From contig NMRA01000014.1 in assembly GCA_002633005.1 (NCBI GenBank), positions 1,088,838 through 1,152,837 on the forward strand: DNA of 64,000 nucleotides, read 5' to 3'. The translations under genes were made by a program, and so were the position numbers. This document shows positions 38,401 to 49,100 of the stretch, piece after piece. Source of the DNA: Phoronis australis (lineage: Eukaryota > Animalia > Phoronida). The stretch's first letter is position 1. Each line of letters begins with the position of its first letter. Under the pieces are notes generated by a model that made no database searches, had not been told where the DNA came from, and was given only the letters and a program-made list of their open reading frames with translations.

Positions 38401-41400
38401 TACCAAATGGTGAGTGCACCATAGTATATCAAACAGTGGGTTCAACTTAGATTATCATTCTTTAATTTACCTGACCTGCTGTTGTCCATAACGTCTGAAT
38501 TTCATGTCAATTGCATTGGGTGTCTAGTGTTTTGAGTTCTACACTCGTGTTGTACGCCAATATTTGTTAAGTCATTCGTTAATTTCTCTGTTGTGATATA
38601 ATTCTGTGGAATATGTATTCATGATATATCTATGTATTCCAATAGGACTGACTTGTCTTCGGGATCATTGCATCTTTAAATGTTCCCAGAAAATGCATTA
38701 TATTGGGATTTTATGGTTTATCTTTGAAAATCCTTACAGGGGATGATCCTGCCGCTGCTGAAGATGATAAACACAGTGATAATGAAACATCAGGCAAAGC
38801 AGTGGGGGAGGAGCCAGAGAGTGAACCCGAGACTGAAGTGGAAGTGGAAGGTTATGAGGATGACTTTGAAAAAGATGAGAAGAGCGAGACTGAAGACAAG
38901 CCTGCAGCAAAACGTTAGTTCTGTTTCACTGATTCTCTCTGCTGTAACTTCTTCTTTAAAGTTGAGCACTGCTTAGGTATATGACTATCGCCTTGGGACA
39001 TCCCATTTCAAACAATTGTTGTGTTGAATGTTTTGATTGAATTTGCAATATTCACAAAAAGGCAGTATGCTTATTCTTCGGACTGAATGGAGCTCGTATT
39101 TTTGGTTCTAAATCTGTCTTACTTTGGAGGTGGTCAGGTTTGACCTACCATAAGATTGTAGTGTTCAGTTATTCGTTAAAATTTAAACAATTGATTTTTA
39201 GTTTGCTTTGACTTGGCTTTGGCCAGAATTAATAAGTTTACTGGTACATTAAAATAAATTTATTGTTGTAAGTGTGGCGCATCAGTTACAAGGTATGATT
39301 AAAATCATTTTTGTGACATAACATTTTCATGTTTATGTTTGATGTTTCTAGAGATGTCTTATACCATCATGTTGGTCATTACATGTGTAAGTAATTAACA
39401 TTTTTAATGAGGAGACAAAGTAGAAAGCAAAAAAATGTAACCTTGTGCAAATATTTCTTATAGGTTTATCTCGATAGTTTTAATCGGCCTTTAAGACTAG
39501 TATTAATTCAGTTGGTCAAGAGTGAAGTGCAGTAGGTATTTATAGACAGAGCGCTATGAATTCAACTCTCTTTAACCTCAACATTGTATGTATTTCCAGA
39601 GGAGACATCTGCACCACCCAAAGAGGAAGTGAGCGAGTCTGATGTACCTATGTCTGATAGATCTGACCGGCCCAGAGACGATGACATCCAGTCCGACGCG
39701 CCAGAATCTGCACGCTCTGATAGGTCGGATCATTCAGTGAAGTCTGACAAGTCTGATGCCACAACTATTGTCAGCAATGGAGAAGTGGGAAACAAAATAA
39801 AACCAGTCGAGGAAAATGATGAAAAAGAAGAAAGAAAGGAAGTGAAGGAGCAAGGTGGCGCCACTGAAGCATCAGAAGTGGAAGAAACTGATGTAGAGGA
39901 TGAATACAAGAAAAGTAGGCGGGAGCTTGTCAGTGGAACAGACACTGAGACAGCTGACGAGGTTAAATCAGAGGTCGAGAAGAGTGAGAGCTCCAGCAGT
40001 GAAGATGAGGAAGTGAAAGGGGAGACAACTACTGAAGTAGAGGAGACAGATAATGAATTGAAAGGTACGTGAGTGGATTATGTCTACTGTTAAGACGATG
40101 CAAGTTCACTGTTCAAGAGTTTCGTGTTTCACCAAAACGTTTTCAGATATTCATGTGCTTTAAGTGAGTTTATACATGTGCTGTCACTCAGTAAATTAGA
40201 TTACTAATGGTTTTATGCTTTTCCAGGGAAGTCTGACGTTAGCGAATCAGAAGCAGAAGATGGGAAGCTTCATATTGATAAATCAGACAAAGATCTCATG
40301 AAATCAGAGGTAGGTCTACATTGAATTCAATGTTCTCACACATTGCTGTCATCTTGAAATATCTGATTCTGGGAATAATTAATCGCTGAAATCCCATGCA
40401 ACACCATCTCTGAAACCATGCATTGGTTTTTGTTATATGTGAGCATTGCTGGTTACACGTGTGTATGGCTAGTTACATCTGAGCATTCCTATAGTTACAC
40501 TTAATCATCCCTAGTTACACGTGAGCAATGCTAGTTACCCAGGAGCATTGCTGGTTACATGTGAGCTTTGCTAGTTTCACGTGAGCTTTGTTAGATACTT
40601 GTGAGAATTCCTAGTTACACGTATAAGCATACCTAGTTACACTTGATCATCCTTAGTTACACGTGAGCATTGCTAGTTACACATGAGAATTCCTGGTGAC
40701 CCGTGACCATTCCTACTTATACATGATTACTCTTCCATGTTCTGAATGAGTTCTGCATTTATTTGGGTTTGGATTTAGCGACTTTGGAGTGACTTAATTA
40801 GTGTCGTGCCTGACTTAAAGATGCTATGTCTCACTAAATCCATGAAAATTTAATTTTGTAGCAAGTGACACTTTGTGACTTTCCGGAGAACTGGGTGTGC
40901 GAGTAAAATCAGGAAAAAACAATTTGTAAATAAATTGCGGTTTTAAACAAAACACAACTGATAAACATCAAACAAGAAGGTGTGCATATAGAAAACCCTA
41001 CTAATTCCAAATACTAGGCAATCGTTATTTGATATTGAAATGAGCAAATAACAAAAACTGTGCCTTGTTTCTTTAGGGTAACGATGAAGTATTACCATAC
41101 TCATTTATAAAAAAATCGGAAAATGAGACTTTTGCGTGATTGCATTATGGTAACTGGTTCTCTGATGGTTTCCAGCACACTTAAAGACCCGGGTCGTTTG
41201 TAAACTAGTATTTCATTTGCATAATTATTCACAGTTAAATGAGTCATGGCATCTTTAAAGCATGTGCTTGTAGCTGTTGTAAAACAATTCTTGCATAGTT
41301 GTTTGACTGTATGTTGATTAAAAATTTGCAGGTGGAAGAAATTTGCAATCTGTTGAGAACGGAAAATTCTGTGCAATCCATCAACCTTCGGAACTGTTCG

Positions 41401-44400
41401 TTGGATGATGATGATTTGGAAAGTTTAGCCGCTGCCCTGGCTGCTAGTCCTTCAAGACCCAAGGTATTGTTTTCAGCATTAAAGATGTATTTGAAAAATG
41501 AATATGCTATTTGAACATCATCTACGCTAAACAGAACAGTGGTATTCATTGACAACTTAATTTGAAAACAAAAAATCCTGCATATAGGTAAACTTTGCAC
41601 TAATGACGTACATTGAGAGCTCACATAGCCTGCATTATGCAGTCTTATTCCCCAACACCGCGTCACTGTTCTTACTGGACATGGTTGAGTGATTTGTGGC
41701 GGATCATTTTCAACACAAAACTTTCTTTTAAAAACATTTGGCAATTTTCAATGTACTTTGTATTCACATCATCGCTGTATGTTGTGTTGCTAACTAATTT
41801 GACCAAGCAATCACAGAGATAAGGAATGAATGTGCAAGTTCCACTTTGAGGTTTTCATATCTTTCTTCAGGTGTGTAGGCTATAAGAAAGATAGTTACTT
41901 TAATCATAGTATTTGTGGTAGGTAGAAATTTCTGGATTAAGAGAGCTTGTCAGAGAGTGACCGGTAGTTGAGACCGGGTGTGATGAAATTTTATGGGTCA
42001 TTTCATAGTTTTATTTACCGACATGAGGGTATTCAATCGCAAACTTCAAAAGTCCATTTTCCAGGTTCAAAAGAATCCTTATGTTCGTTCTTTCACAAAA
42101 TGCAGTTTTCACGCAGAATATCTGGTCCAGGCTTTGCCTCTGTCCCTAACCAAAGACGGTCAAAGGTTTTCATGTGGTGGAATTGATATAGAAATTCAAT
42201 ACCTTTAGATTAACACACCTATTTAGCACACAATACATTGTCGCATGGAATTTTATTTTGTCAAATTTCTTGGTGAAAATGAGCAGGGCACTGTGTAATT
42301 GTCACTGCGAACAAGATTTAGACAAAGTTAGAACTTATTAAAAATAAGCACGTTACCCAAGTGGCTCAATTTTCATGATTTTAGTAACTTTTTAAGTGAA
42401 GGCACAAAAGCACCACCTTGTAAATGTAGCAACAACAATTCATAAAGCTGTAAATAACATGGATGACACCATGAGAAGCAGACAATTACGGTAGTTATGT
42501 TTGTTGGAGATGTTACTGTAATGATGTGACTTGATCATCCTTAGGCAGTGCTGAACCTTTATCACTAGTGATCTTCAAACAACAGGATTGCGGAAATTAT
42601 GCAACACGATGCCTTCAAAAGCCATTTCTTGCTTCTTTGATCATGTGTCCAGTTAAGTCAACTGTGTATCATTATCTGTTACAGATGTTAAATCTCAGCT
42701 CTAACTACATATCTTCACTGGGAGCCAACAGTGTTGTGGATATTCTCAACAAGAAGCCTGACTTACAGATTTTGATGTGAGTCATCACGAATTAGCTTGC
42801 AAAAGTGTTACGGTTATGTAGGACCCTAGAAAAAGGTTCGAATTAGCCTAACTTCGGAATATTATAAATCAAAAATGGCTGATGAGATTCATATGGGCGG
42901 GATTTTTTTGATATTATTCTTTATGCACTGTTCTTCAAAATACTGTTAGGGTTCCTTAAGGGGCTATCAAAATATTTCTTCATGAAAATCAATCAAGTTG
43001 CATTTTTTGAAACGATTAGAACATTATAACATTTTTGAGATTTCATCTTCGACATTTATGTCAAATGAAATTTGATTTTATTGATATCATTGATTTACTG
43101 TCTGTATATGTTTCTTTTATTGCTAAATTTTAATAAGAAGACATGGTCATAATAATGGCATATTGGTATAAAGTCATCAATCAAATTCTACAGTTTATAA
43201 TACATCCTTTTCTCAGTTAAAGTCAATAGTTGTGTAGATATTTGGCTAAATACAGACTTGTTTTTTTATTGCTGCACAAATAAAAGATAATACATTAAAA
43301 TACAAAATTTTACCCCAGAAAACGAACCAGACTTGTTGATAAGGACCTACATATCCTTAACTTGCCAATGAAAGTGTATTTCATATGAGTGTTGCTAATA
43401 CAAAGGTGTTACAAACCTGACGTGCACACCTGCGGTGCAGAAGCAGGTTAACACCCACCAAAAAGTTGATTCGACATCCACTTATTAGTGAAACAAACAT
43501 CCCTATTGCTTAGGTAGCAGAAGGTCCATTGCAGAGGGATTATACATTTTCAAAACTGTTCAGTTTAAGAGAAATTTTTATCAGCCAGATCAATGCGTGT
43601 ACATTAATTTTGACTTCTATTTGTTGTGTGAATAATAATTTTGTAACTAGCATTTTCTGGGTAAGTTTGATGGTGTAAGAAGTCCATTATAGATTAAGTC
43701 AAAGGCTTCAGCTTATCCCGACAATTACGACAATAAAATTTGATGTAAACCTCACTTTCCTCTCTGTTGTAGGCTTCATGGAGCTTTGCGAGATTCGGGG
43801 GTGTCTAAAGTAGCTCAAGGAATTATCAACTACCAGAGACAGGTCCTCTTTGACAAGACAGCTAAAAATATGGCGAAGGGTGCCATCAAGGATGCTGCAC
43901 GTTCTGATTCTCTGCAATCCATAGTCAGCTACAACAGTACAAGCACCATGCAGAGTGATGGCGGCAAGATGTTGGCCCTGACACAGCTCGATGTGGGTGA
44001 CTGTAATATGGGGCCCAGCGCTGCTAAGAAAGTAGCCGAAGTTATTGAGTGCACTAAGTTGTCCACGTTGAACCTGAGTGCTAATAAGGGCTTGGGAAGT
44101 GAGGGTTGGGAGGCAATAGGCAAGGCTTTGAAGGAGAATGGCACCATCAGGAGATTGTGCCTGGAATTCTGTGATATTGGAGATGAGAACATGGAGGTTT
44201 TAAGTGAGTACCTTGGCGAGAACTCAAGCATTGAGTCGATTGACTTGGAGTCAAATGCTTTGACTGATGAAGGTGCACAGAAGGTGTTGGATGCGGCTAT
44301 TGGGAATCCTAGCCTTAAAGAAATCAAGATGATGCCTGGCAATCACTTTGACAATGAAATCCTTAATGATCTAAATGAAATCCTCTCTATGAGGCGAGAT

Positions 44401-44409
44401 GACCCATAA
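29465..44409 (+). CDS. ERICH3: Glutamate-rich protein 3-like (DUF4590) with C-terminal RI-like leucine-rich repeats, about 1200 aa
   Basis: Exons 29465-29484, 30626-30719, 31112-31309, [31840-32025 alternative], 32873-33079, 33800-34330, 34807-35025, 35261-35465, 35765-35951, 36123-36400, 37312-37362, 38266-38307, 38740-38913, 39600-40064, 40227-40309, 41332-41463, 42685-42776, 43773-44409 (TAA); phases match. N-terminus MSHIDPGPLATYNSLLDKHLAHYFNNTRMKRHLKKSGL...LAQAIVHKTLDMER matches ERICH3. DUF4590 motifs EQQHCGG and SRRHRGYPFSLSFYING..RLSTCCEYKH, then an acidic tract, then LxxLxLxxN/C repeats. Confidence 0.88.
32304..32498. mobile_element. tRNA-derived SINE-like element plus inverted partial copy
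   Basis: Plus copy from ~32398 has A-box TAGCTCAGAGGTAAGAGCA and B-box-like GGTTTGATTCCC; 32304-32367 is an imperfect reverse complement of 32435-32498. Confidence 0.65.
33342..33643. mobile_element. MITE inserted into a ~16-bp degenerate minisatellite (about 33190-33780)
   Basis: Imperfect TIRs CATAGGCGGATTTA / TAGATCAGCCACTG; ATGTA duplicated on both flanks; the ccctatctctaccaa-like array resumes after the insertion. Confidence 0.65.
34376..34473. repeat. Near-perfect palindrome (47-bp arms, no loop, one 4-nt bulge)
   Basis: ttgcaaacatttttaagagtccagtctgc(atgc)cacctattggtcacctca|tgaggtgaccaataggtggcagactggactcttaaaaatgtttgcaa. Confidence 0.95.
37410..37762. repeat. 32-bp minisatellite
   Basis: Unit ccctgttgtctgttccactcccttgctactaa, about 10 variably degenerate copies. 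Confidence 0.85.
38302..38443 (+). repeat. 26-bp tandem repeat beginning at an ERICH3 5' splice site (about 5.5 copies)
   Basis: aaacg|gtgagtgtaccataatatatc repeated as aaacagtgggtgcacc..., aaatggtgagtgcacc... Confidence 0.85.
40436..40725. repeat. ~20-bp degenerate minisatellite
   Basis: Unit approximately gagcattgctagttacacgt. Confidence 0.8.
40819..41254. mobile_element. TTAA-flanked non-autonomous DNA transposon (Kolobok-like)
   Basis: TTAA|AGATGCTATGTCTCA ... TGAGTCATGGCATCT|TTAA: 15-bp TIR (13/15 match) with TTAA on both sides. Confidence 0.75.
42812..43356. mobile_element. Older TTAA-type non-autonomous DNA transposon
   Basis: ttac|GGTTATGTAGGACCCTA ... TAAGGACCTACATATCC|ttaa, imperfect TIRs. 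Confidence 0.5.
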
Positions 44410-44720
44410 TGGTTATCCATTTGTCTTTGGATTTCATCCATTTTGTCAGCAGTTTCAACCAAGTTAGAATCATTTAAATCTTCCAAATTCTTGAACTTCT
44501 TAACTTTCCATGCATTGATTGGACACACAAGTTTGAGATGACCACTACTTCATTATTTTCTAAAGCTTTTTGCTGTTCTTTATTCAACTGTATTTTAATG
44601 TATGCTACATCAGCTTTGAATGCATTCTTTTATAACAACGCGACTTATTCACGGGTCATGGAAGCTATATATGTCAGTGTGTCGTGATGGGGTTCGCTTG
44701 CGGTGCTTTATTAAAATATA

Positions 44721-44835
44721 CAGTAAAACTCGCACAAGTTGGATTTTCACTCAACTCTGGTGACAAATCGGATTTTGCCTTACTTGGACATACGTCTCCC
44801 TAGGCGGTTGAATCCAACTTATGTCAGTTTTGCTG
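44721..44835. mobile_element. Short Tc1/mariner-like MITE in the ERICH3 3' UTR region
   Basis: ta|CAGTAAAACTCGCACAAGTTGGATT ... AATCCAACTTATGTCAGTTTTGCTG, imperfect ~25-bp TIRs. Confidence 0.55.
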
Positions 44836-45085
44836 CCCATTGTATTTTATATTGAATTATTATTAAATATTGAGTGGGAATGTGCAAGTCATTAATGGGT
44901 CATGTCATTAGGCCGAGTTCAGGCCAATTTATTGTCATAGTGCTTAGCCAACACCGGCAGTATCTGGGTCATGTTTCAACTGAATTTCAGATTAAGAGCT
45001 AGCAAGTTTCGTGAACCAGACAATTATTTTTATACACCATTGCAAAAATTTATGTCTTGAAAATGGCTTGTTTTATTATGCGTTT

Positions 45086-45381
45086 AATAAATGATGTTTA
45101 TCATCCACCAATTATGTGATTTAGCATAACTTGTGAGTGAATATCTAATAATAGTGCTTTTATATTCCATACTTATTAAATAAAGATTCTATAAACAACG
45201 TTAGATTCTTGAGAGTGATAGTAGTCGACATGGCGTCCACCTGTTGTCAGATTGACCTTTATTATGTTGGGTGGAAATGGGGATAAAAAGTTACCACGTG
45301 TAATAACTAAATGACAGTAAATTGGTAAACGCTATAGTTCAATTAATATATTGTGTTTATCAACATTTGAATTTATTTATT
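45086..45381. terminator. Convergent poly(A) signals of ERICH3-like (+) and CAP (-)
   Basis: Plus-strand AATAAA at 45086 and 45179; minus-strand AATAAA (tttatt) at 45372 and 45376. Confidence 0.5.
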
Positions 45382-46184
45382 GAATTACAAATTTCACATA
45401 ATGTAAACCTACTTTTCAGTTATCACAAACCTTGCATAGTTTTGCCAACCATCAGAAATTAAAAGAGATCATTTTATTTCAATTTTTTTTCATTTCAAAT
45501 TTTTTCATTTCAATTTTTTTTCATTTCAAATTTACTAAAACGCATATGTGTATCAAGAAAAGATTGAGCGGTGAAATAATGGCAAACGTCACCTATACCC
45601 TAAAACTAGACATACCAAGCAACTACGGAAGTTAAATATTATTTCAATAAGTATTGTTCGACTCGCCTGCAATATCTGCACAGTTGACTTCACCATGAGA
45701 ATTCATCACACAAAGGGCACAGCCCTCCACAGAGCGGTGCTTCCCTTGTTCAGTAACACCACAGACCACTGACAATGCATTAAGATTATATGCAATTCTA
45801 GAGAGATGTTTTGATAGCACTTAATAGCTAAATTTTACTATAAGGACACGTTCACGTGATCAAAATCGGTGGCAAATAAGTATAGTATCCGAAGTCAATT
45901 CTTCCGCTTTTTTAACTTTCAGAAAATATATACTTTGACCAAGTTAAATTTACAGTTCTATAGATATTTGACAGACTAGTAAACAAGTTTCTCCACAGCC
46001 AGCACAACCTGGACATGTGACAAACTGAACAACGTAAGCGAAGGCTGTCGGTGGCCCCAATTATCGTGTGTTACATTTATAATATATACTAAAGTAAGCT
46101 AGCTAATAAACAATTAGCATTCATAAGATAATAGCTAAATATTGAGTCCCACACACTGTCCACAGAAGACCACAGATGGATGTC

Positions 46185-49100
46185 TCAGCCATGAGCCTCG
46201 ATCAAAGTAGTATTCAGTGTCTTTCCATTCCAGCTGGTCTTAAGTTGTTCAGGGATCGGATACTCCACCTGCAAGGTACAGCACACTGAAGACGGCTGCC
46301 AATAAAGTGTTTTGCACGATAACCTCTCTACAACTTGTAGAGTTGTAGATGGAACATGTTCAACATGTTTTGTACATGAACACAATACAGTGTTCTGCAC
46401 ATAGCTTGTGTAACTAACCTCACTGTGGATGTAACATGTTTAACATATTCAGTGTGCACACAAAATAACCAAGTTACATGTTAGAAGGTTAAAGCAGCAT
46501 TAAACTTGTACTTTAAGTAACAATTCTTATTTATGCCACTTAGTTAAGAATCGATCTCTAGGTTTCTTTAGCCCAAACTCATAAAATTTCAGGATACGAC
46601 GTGACATGAAATCTTATGAGATATGTCTCCAGCAATAACTGTTGTTTGTTCATTCGAAGCCCAGAAAGCAACAGTCCTCTAATTTGACTTAGGTTTCACA
46701 GTGGTTAGAGGCCTGAACCAAAACTTGTTTTTTGAGAGCACGAGCTTAAAAGTGGCGTAACGAAACACCTAAAACAGGCAGTGAATAATTTTGCTTCAAG
46801 TTTTAAGCACAGGGAGACTAAGGCACATCTGGACACTTTGTGTGCAGAAAAGCAGAATACAAGTTACATTGTCACCATCCTCGGTTGGGATGAGCACTAT
46901 CACCCGTGAAGACTTGGTCGCAATACTTACATAATCCCCATCATCTTTGGGAATGAGCACATTCATCTCTGAAGACTTGGCAGTCACAATTTGAACATCG
47001 AGAGAGTTCTTGCTCAGGTAAACCTGGCAGCCGTCAGTCTTGTCAATGCTGACCGTTGGCACAACACCGTCAACCTGTAACACAATGATGGATAAGTATT
47101 CACAGCATGATCACAAGCTTGCATTAAAGAGGCTACGCATCAGTGTTCAGTCAGAGACACGAAATTTTATCACAGACCACTTCTTACTATAAAATTGGTC
47201 TCGACTTCTTCCTTACGCAAGTGGGAAGTGATTTCTGGGTTTGTGAAGAACTGCCCGTTCGTTATTCCTTGAGACCATGACACGCCATGAAAAGCCAACT
47301 TGCACAGCCTTGTCTCAAGCAATACCAAGGTACCAGTTCTTTCAAAATCCTGAAACCACCTCCAATTTGACTAGGGAACAATTTGTGACCAGTTTCATAA
47401 GTTGTGTTTATGTCCAGCAAAATAATATTGTGTAGTCTCACCTGGCATTTAACACTAGCACAGTTGATGAACTCCAATGAAGATACCAGACTGTCACAGA
47501 CAACAGCACACTTCTTGCAGCCATCTACAACCACGGCAAGTTGTTAGTACAAACCTTGTTGGTAAGCAGTAAAGTGTAGTACATGTCAAAAATAATCAAG
47601 ACAAATTGACCTACACTTGTCCTCATGATGGCTGAATAGTTGAAATGACATGTCATGACTCACCATGCCGACACATCAAGATGAGTCACGCTAACACATC
47701 ATGACAAGTCGTGCTGACGTGTTATGATGAGCAATACTGACATGTCATGATGAGTCAGACGGACACATCATTACCAGTTGTGTTGACACGTCACGAGTCA
47801 TAACGGGTCATTATCTGTCATGATGACATAATGGACTTTTTCCAATTGCTATTAATGTGTACCAATTCATCTGCTATGACATAAACAAGTGACATTCAAT
47901 TCATCTGCTATGACATAAACAAGCGACATTTCAACGAAACCTAAGCTCACATCATGCAACAGAACTGAGATTTTTGTTCAGAACATCATCGCGCTCATAA
48001 CCTGCAGCTGAATTGGAATTGACTACAGTCAATCTCTTGTTATTCCCTGATGACCATTAAGTCTGTGTGACTGAAATTAACAGACTGTGACAAGTAATGT
48101 AATGGGTCTGGACTGAAGCAAGAAAGACCAGTCAGCTCTTCTCAAGACCAGAAATCATTTTTAACCAGGATAAGGGTCACTTTGAGATCGACGTTATGAC
48201 AGTAACTTGAAGAAATCAAAAAGTTTTTTGACAAAAAGCACGGATTTGTTCCCCTTTTAATCAAAACACGTTTTTTAGTTCTAAGGCATTAAATCGCATT
48301 TCTTACTTATGAGGCACTTCTGGTATTCAAAACTGACAGGAAGTATTCCTGTCTTCAACAAGGAAGTTCAAAGTTGAATTAAGAGATCAGCCATAACAAA
48401 CCCCAGCGCCATCTTTAGTTTCCAAGGCTCTTAATCCACTTTATGATTCAGCTTGATTCAGCGCCCATTGCAACACTTACGAGAAATACTTCACTCAGAC
48501 CTGCATCACTCACCCATAATAATAGAGTTGACCTTGTTCTTGACCACCACAATCGAGTCTGTACACTTGAAGATGTACACAGACTGTTTGGTCTCCGTTT
48601 GATCTATCACCAAGTTACGGTTACCAACGTGGTGCTCCTGTATATAACAACAGATCACCATGAAAACAGCAGGAAAGATAACAAGGTCATGAACTTCAAA
48701 AGACAATGAGCTTGAACAGTGTTTTTGGTAAATACTTGTAAATACAATATCTACCAACACAAACTCGCTACTAGACTGTTTTCTGCTGATGATGACGCGG
48801 CCAAAATGCGACAACTGTTGTTAGCAACTGAAGAGTTAATATGGAAGACAAAGAGTCAAATCTGAGCACACTTGCACTATCACTTTGAAGAAAGTCTAAT
48901 AATGATTGAGAAATCCTGTAATGTTAAGTAAGGCCCAACATGCCAAACACCAACATCATGTAATGCTTGGATGTCACAATGTTGATTTTAAGTTAGACCA
49001 CAACTCACCACAACCCATTTCTTGCCCTGAAGTTCAAAGACTGGGGGCTTCTGCACCGGTGTAGTAGGTTTCGGTTTACTGGCACTGACTGGCTTTGTAC

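Noticed and set aside
33992-44342. Minus-strand ORFs of 70-170 aa opposite ERICH3 exons
   Set aside because: Antisense shadows of coding or low-complexity exons.
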